Below are positions 1-1,903 of a DNA stretch of 1,903 nt, piece after piece. This stretch comes from Escherichia coli (GTDB lineage: Bacteria; Pseudomonadota; Gammaproteobacteria; Enterobacterales; Enterobacteriaceae), in NCBI RefSeq assembly GCF_003334255.1, contig NZ_QOWU01000143.1; one strand, given 5' to 3'. Every line of letters starts with the position of its first letter. Position 1 is the first letter of the stretch. The notes beneath the pieces were generated by a model that searched no databases, was not told where the DNA came from, and worked only from the letters and a program-made list of their open reading frames with translations. The position numbers and the translations under genes were made by a program.

Positions 1-65
1 AGTTATCGTGAGAGTAATTCATCGGCACGTTAAATCATATCAGGCGTAATACCACAACCCTTAAG

Positions 66-299
66 TTAGCGCTTATGGGACTGCATCCCCCGCGGTCCCT
101 CCATCAGAGCCCGGTATCGACGGTAATCCTCCTCCGTGACACCCCACTGAGCGGCCTGTTGCTGCAGCGCCTGTGTGGTGGTACTGACCTGCGAAGAGGC
201 CTGCGTGCGTGTGCCCTCGGGCGCACTCTCCCGTACAGCAGCCACCGTCTGCAGGGAAATGAGCAGCATGAGCACCGGTGACAGATTCTTCATTTTCAT
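66..299 (-). CDS. Small Sec-secreted protein (77 aa precursor, ~56 aa mature), function unknown
   Basis: ORF 66..299 (-). ATG 299-297 lies 4 nt after the upstream stop (TGA, 306-304); SD GGAG is 7 nt upstream within the previous gene. N-terminus MKMKNLSPVLMLLISLQTVAA|V looks like a Sec signal peptide with an AXA-type cleavage site (VAA). Mature part is Gln/Thr/Ser-rich, then a charged C-terminus (GVTEEDYRRYRALMEG). Short length lowers confidence. Confidence 0.6.
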   Translation of the reverse strand: MKMKNLSPVLMLLISLQTVAAVRESAPEGTRTQASSQVSTTTQALQQQAAQWGVTEEDYRRYRALMEGPRGMQSHKR

Positions 300-303
300 T
301 TCA

Positions 304-1071
304 TCACTCCACCATGACCCGGACCTGACGTCCGTTCACCCGGAACGAGGCTTCTCCCCGTCCGGCACGCTCAAGCATCCAGCCGGCCGTGCTCTCCCCT
401 TCACCCAGCAGCGTCACATCTGAAAGACGGGTAAATCCACGGGGAGCCACCGCAGCATATGTGCGTCCGCCACGCTGCTCCGTGCCTGTCAGCACAAACG
501 GTGCGCTGCGGCTGATAACTGAAATGCCGGAAGAGCCCTTTTTCTGGCGTGGCGTGACCGCCGGTGTGCTCTTCACCGTGCCCGTTCCTTTCGCAGATGA
601 CGGTGATACCGGGGTGAATGGCGCCTTCTCCAGCTTCTCCAGTCGCAGGTCATACGCACGAAGCGTTTCTCCCTGCTGCGCCAGCGTGGCCTGCAGTGAT
701 GCCAGGCTGGCGGCCATCTGACCAGTGCGTGCATGCTCTTCCTCCGTCAGTACAGGTCGTTGCTCCAGCAATGTCAGTCGCTCCGTCACGCTTTTCAGCT
801 GTTTTTTGGTTTCAGCCAGCCGGGACCTGAGCGGTTCAAGCTCACTTCCCGACAACGCGAGAGCATCTGAATACGTTTTCATTTGCCCCTCCAGTGCGGC
901 AATGCGTTCATCCTGCTCCCCGCTGTAACGATAGAGGCCGCAAACCGCCAGAATGGTCGCAACCAGAACGGTCAGTACAAATCCCACGGAAAGCATGGGT
1001 GACACACAGGTCCACCCATCAAGAGGAGATGAATGCACTGACGGTAATGTCTTCTGTTTTTTTTCACTCAT
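304..1071 (-). CDS. Bitopic membrane protein (255 aa): short cytoplasmic N-terminus, one TM helix, long coiled-coil region, Ser/Thr/Pro-rich linker, small C-terminal domain. Family unassigned.
   Basis: ORF 304..1071 (-). Start ATG 1071-1069 overlaps the upstream stop (ATGA); SD GGAG lies 8 nt upstream inside the lipoprotein gene. Lys-rich N-terminus MSEKKQK, then a single hydrophobic segment PMLSVGFVLTVLVATILAVCGLY (about residues 25-47, nt ~931-999). Residues ~52-140 are Leu/Ala/Glu/Lys/Gln-rich with heptad-like spacing, ending in LRLEKLEK. Linker PFTPVSPSSAKGTGTVKSTPAVTPRQKKGSSG, then a ~70-aa C-terminal domain. Confidence 0.8.
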   Translation of the reverse strand: MSEKKQKTLPSVHSSPLDGWTCVSPMLSVGFVLTVLVATILAVCGLYRYSGEQDERIAALEGQMKTYSDALALSGSELEPLRSRLAETKKQLKSVTERLTLLEQRPVLTEEEHARTGQMAASLASLQATLAQQGETLRAYDLRLEKLEKAPFTPVSPSSAKGTGTVKSTPAVTPRQKKGSSGISVISRSAPFVLTGTEQRGGRTYAAVAPRGFTRLSDVTLLGEGESTAGWMLERAGRGEASFRVNGRQVRVMVE

Positions 1072-1646
1072 TTTTTAAGCTCCGCTCCTGCGCCCCTGAC
1101 ACCGGCCGGTACCGGCGCCAGCTGGCCCGGCGGCAACTGATAACCTTCCCGCAGGCTGTGACAGACAACCCGCTGCACATCATCAACTTCAAGTTGCCAC
1201 GCCGGACCGGCCATCATCTGCAGGGCGGTACGCAACCTGAGCGGCCCCGTCTGATACTGCACTGCCGGCAACGCCTGACGATAAAGCACCCCGTTGGCCG
1301 GTCCGGTGGCACAGAGCGTGTAGCCCGACTGTTTCAGGGCATAACGCATCGCATCTGCCACCGTCGGCTTCAGGGATGCCGGAATACGGATGTCAATCAC
1401 CTGGGAAAGGGGATCCCGCTGTACCGCATCCGGATGAGTGTTAACCAGCAGATAGCGGTCATAACGCACCACCTCGGGCACAGTCGTCCCAGCGTACATA
1501 TCAGGGCTGGCCGGACGGACATTATTGCTGACCGTCACCGACGGTACCGGAACAGCCGCATCCCGCTGCAGCAGTTTTTGCTGCCCCTGACAGCCAGTCA
1601 GAAGTACGCAGGCGGACAGCACGGAAAGAAGAAGGGATGTTTTCAT
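1068..1646 (-). CDS. Predicted lipoprotein (192 aa), probably outer-membrane sorted; first gene of a three-gene envelope operon. A conjugation/pilus-associated role (PilL/TraV/VirB7/DotD-like) is hypothesis only.
   Basis: ORF 1068..1646 (-). ATG at 1646-1644 is preceded by SD GAGGT (1656-1660) with 9-nt spacing. N-terminus MKTSLLLSVLSACVLLTG-C has a positive n-region, hydrophobic core and lipobox L-T-G-C with Cys19 (codon 1590-1592); Gln at +2, so no Asp inner-membrane retention signal. Pro/Gly/Ala-rich C-terminal tail (QLPPGQLAPVPAGVRGAGAELKK). Composition is protein-like, unlike the R/H/C-rich antisense frame. Stop TGA overlaps the next start (ATGA at 1068-1071). Confidence 0.8.
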   Translation of the reverse strand: MKTSLLLSVLSACVLLTGCQGQQKLLQRDAAVPVPSVTVSNNVRPASPDMYAGTTVPEVVRYDRYLLVNTHPDAVQRDPLSQVIDIRIPASLKPTVADAMRYALKQSGYTLCATGPANGVLYRQALPAVQYQTGPLRLRTALQMMAGPAWQLEVDDVQRVVCHSLREGYQLPPGQLAPVPAGVRGAGAELKK

Positions 1647-1740
1647 CAGGAAGTTACCTCTGCGGTGAAGTGATAAAGTCAGAGGTCAATTTGCAGAAGA
1701 AGTCCAGACCGGCTCAATGAACAACTGATTTCCGGTTGAC
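1647..1740 (-). promoter_or_regulatory. Promoter and 5' leader region of the lipoprotein operon (exact -35/-10 uncertain)
   Basis: Only non-coding interval between the upstream terminator and the lipoprotein start. Candidate sigma70-like hexamers on the minus strand: TTGAGC (1717-1712), 17-bp spacer, GCAAAT (1694-1689). An alternative -35-like TTGACC sits at 1689-1684 but has no good -10 partner. Matches are weak; the TSS cannot be fixed from sequence. Confidence 0.35.
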
Positions 1741-1768
1741 AAAAAAAACGCCTGCACAAGGCAGGCGT
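1741..1768 (-). terminator. Rho-independent (intrinsic) terminator for the upstream minus-strand gene
   Basis: On minus-strand RNA: GC-rich 7-bp stem (1761-1767 pairs with 1749-1755; GCAGGCG/CGCCUGC), 5-nt loop (1756-1760), then immediately U8 (complement of the A8 run at 1741-1748). The plus-strand side has no downstream U-tract, so it is unidirectional. Confidence 0.6.
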
Positions 1769-1799
1769 GGTGTAAAAGGGAACAGAGTCTTCCGGTTAT

Positions 1800-1903
1800 T
1801 CAGTCCTGATTTAGCGCACCATTACGCTGCACCGGGACGTAATCCAGAGCCTGCAGCAACTGCTCATCTGTCAGATCCAGAAAATCTTTGATTTCCTCCA
1901 GAG
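1800..1903 (-). CDS. 3' end of an upstream CDS (partial; 5' end outside the window), product unknown
   Basis: Minus-strand frame is open from the window edge (1903) to TGA at 1802-1800 and encodes ...LEEIKDFLDLTDEQLLQALDYVPVQRNGALNQD*. An intrinsic terminator follows ~32 nt downstream on the same strand. Only 34 codons are visible and there is no start in the window, so the coding call rests on open frame plus terminator placement. Confidence 0.4.
   Translation of the reverse strand, partial: LEEIKDFLDLTDEQLLQALDYVPVQRNGALNQD

Noticed and set aside
1-23. Possible start of a fourth minus-strand gene (ATG at 23-21 encoding MNYSHDN...) downstream of the 77-aa gene
   Set aside because: Only 7 codons are visible and there is no recognisable Shine-Dalgarno upstream. 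Plausible because no terminator follows the 77-aa gene, but too little sequence to support a feature call.
626-643. Tandem 9-bp direct repeat CTTCTCCAG x2
   Set aside because: It simply encodes the in-frame LEKLEK heptad-like segment of the coiled coil on the minus strand. Two copies only, with no sign of a repeat array or mobile-element terminus.
75-928. Other plus-strand ORFs in the track (75..281, 175..423, 389..721, 618..830, 725..928)
   Set aside because: All lie entirely antisense to the minus-strand CDSs, overlap one another in different frames, and have low-complexity compositions (R/S/P/A-rich). Best explained as shadow ORFs.
894-1673. Long plus-strand ORF (259 aa) spanning the junction of the two largest minus-strand genes
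   Set aside because: Its translation is Arg/His/Cys/Pro-rich with no membrane or signal features, typical of an antisense shadow frame in GC-rich coding DNA. It overlaps two minus-strand genes that have clear signal peptide, lipobox, TM helix and coupled RBSs, and it has no convincing SD.
1741-1768. Possibility that the hairpin acts as a bidirectional terminator or as terminator of the operon itself
   Set aside because: The U-tract is present only on the minus-strand transcript (A8 on the plus strand precedes the stem). The hairpin also lies upstream of the operon start on the minus strand, so it terminates the preceding gene, not the operon.
1-1903. CRISPR array, tRNA/rRNA genes, IS element inverted repeats, integrase attachment sites
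   Set aside because: No regularly spaced direct repeats, no tRNA-like cloverleaf candidates and no terminal inverted repeats or target-site duplications were seen. The window is essentially fully occupied by the minus-strand genes and one intergenic region.

Overview
All supportable coding capacity in this 1,903-bp, visibly GC-rich window lies on the minus strand. Reading 5'->3' on the minus strand: (i) the 3' end of an upstream gene (stop at 1800-1802), followed by a rho-independent terminator (GC stem 1749-1767 plus U8 tract from 1741-1748); (ii) a roughly 95-bp promoter/leader region; (iii) a tightly packed, translationally coupled three-gene operon encoding a 192-aa lipoprotein (lipobox LLTG|C), a 255-aa single-pass membrane protein with a long coiled coil and a small C-terminal domain, and a 77-aa Sec-secreted small protein. 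No terminator follows the third gene, so the operon probably continues past position 1. All three products are envelope-targeted, which fits a sub-module of a trans-envelope machine such as a conjugative type IV secretion or pilus apparatus. I cannot assign any of the three proteins to a named family from sequence alone, so functional calls are hypotheses and I cannot say whether the system is novel. The six plus-strand ORFs in the track are antisense shadows of these genes. No tRNA/rRNA, CRISPR array or IS element ends are visible.
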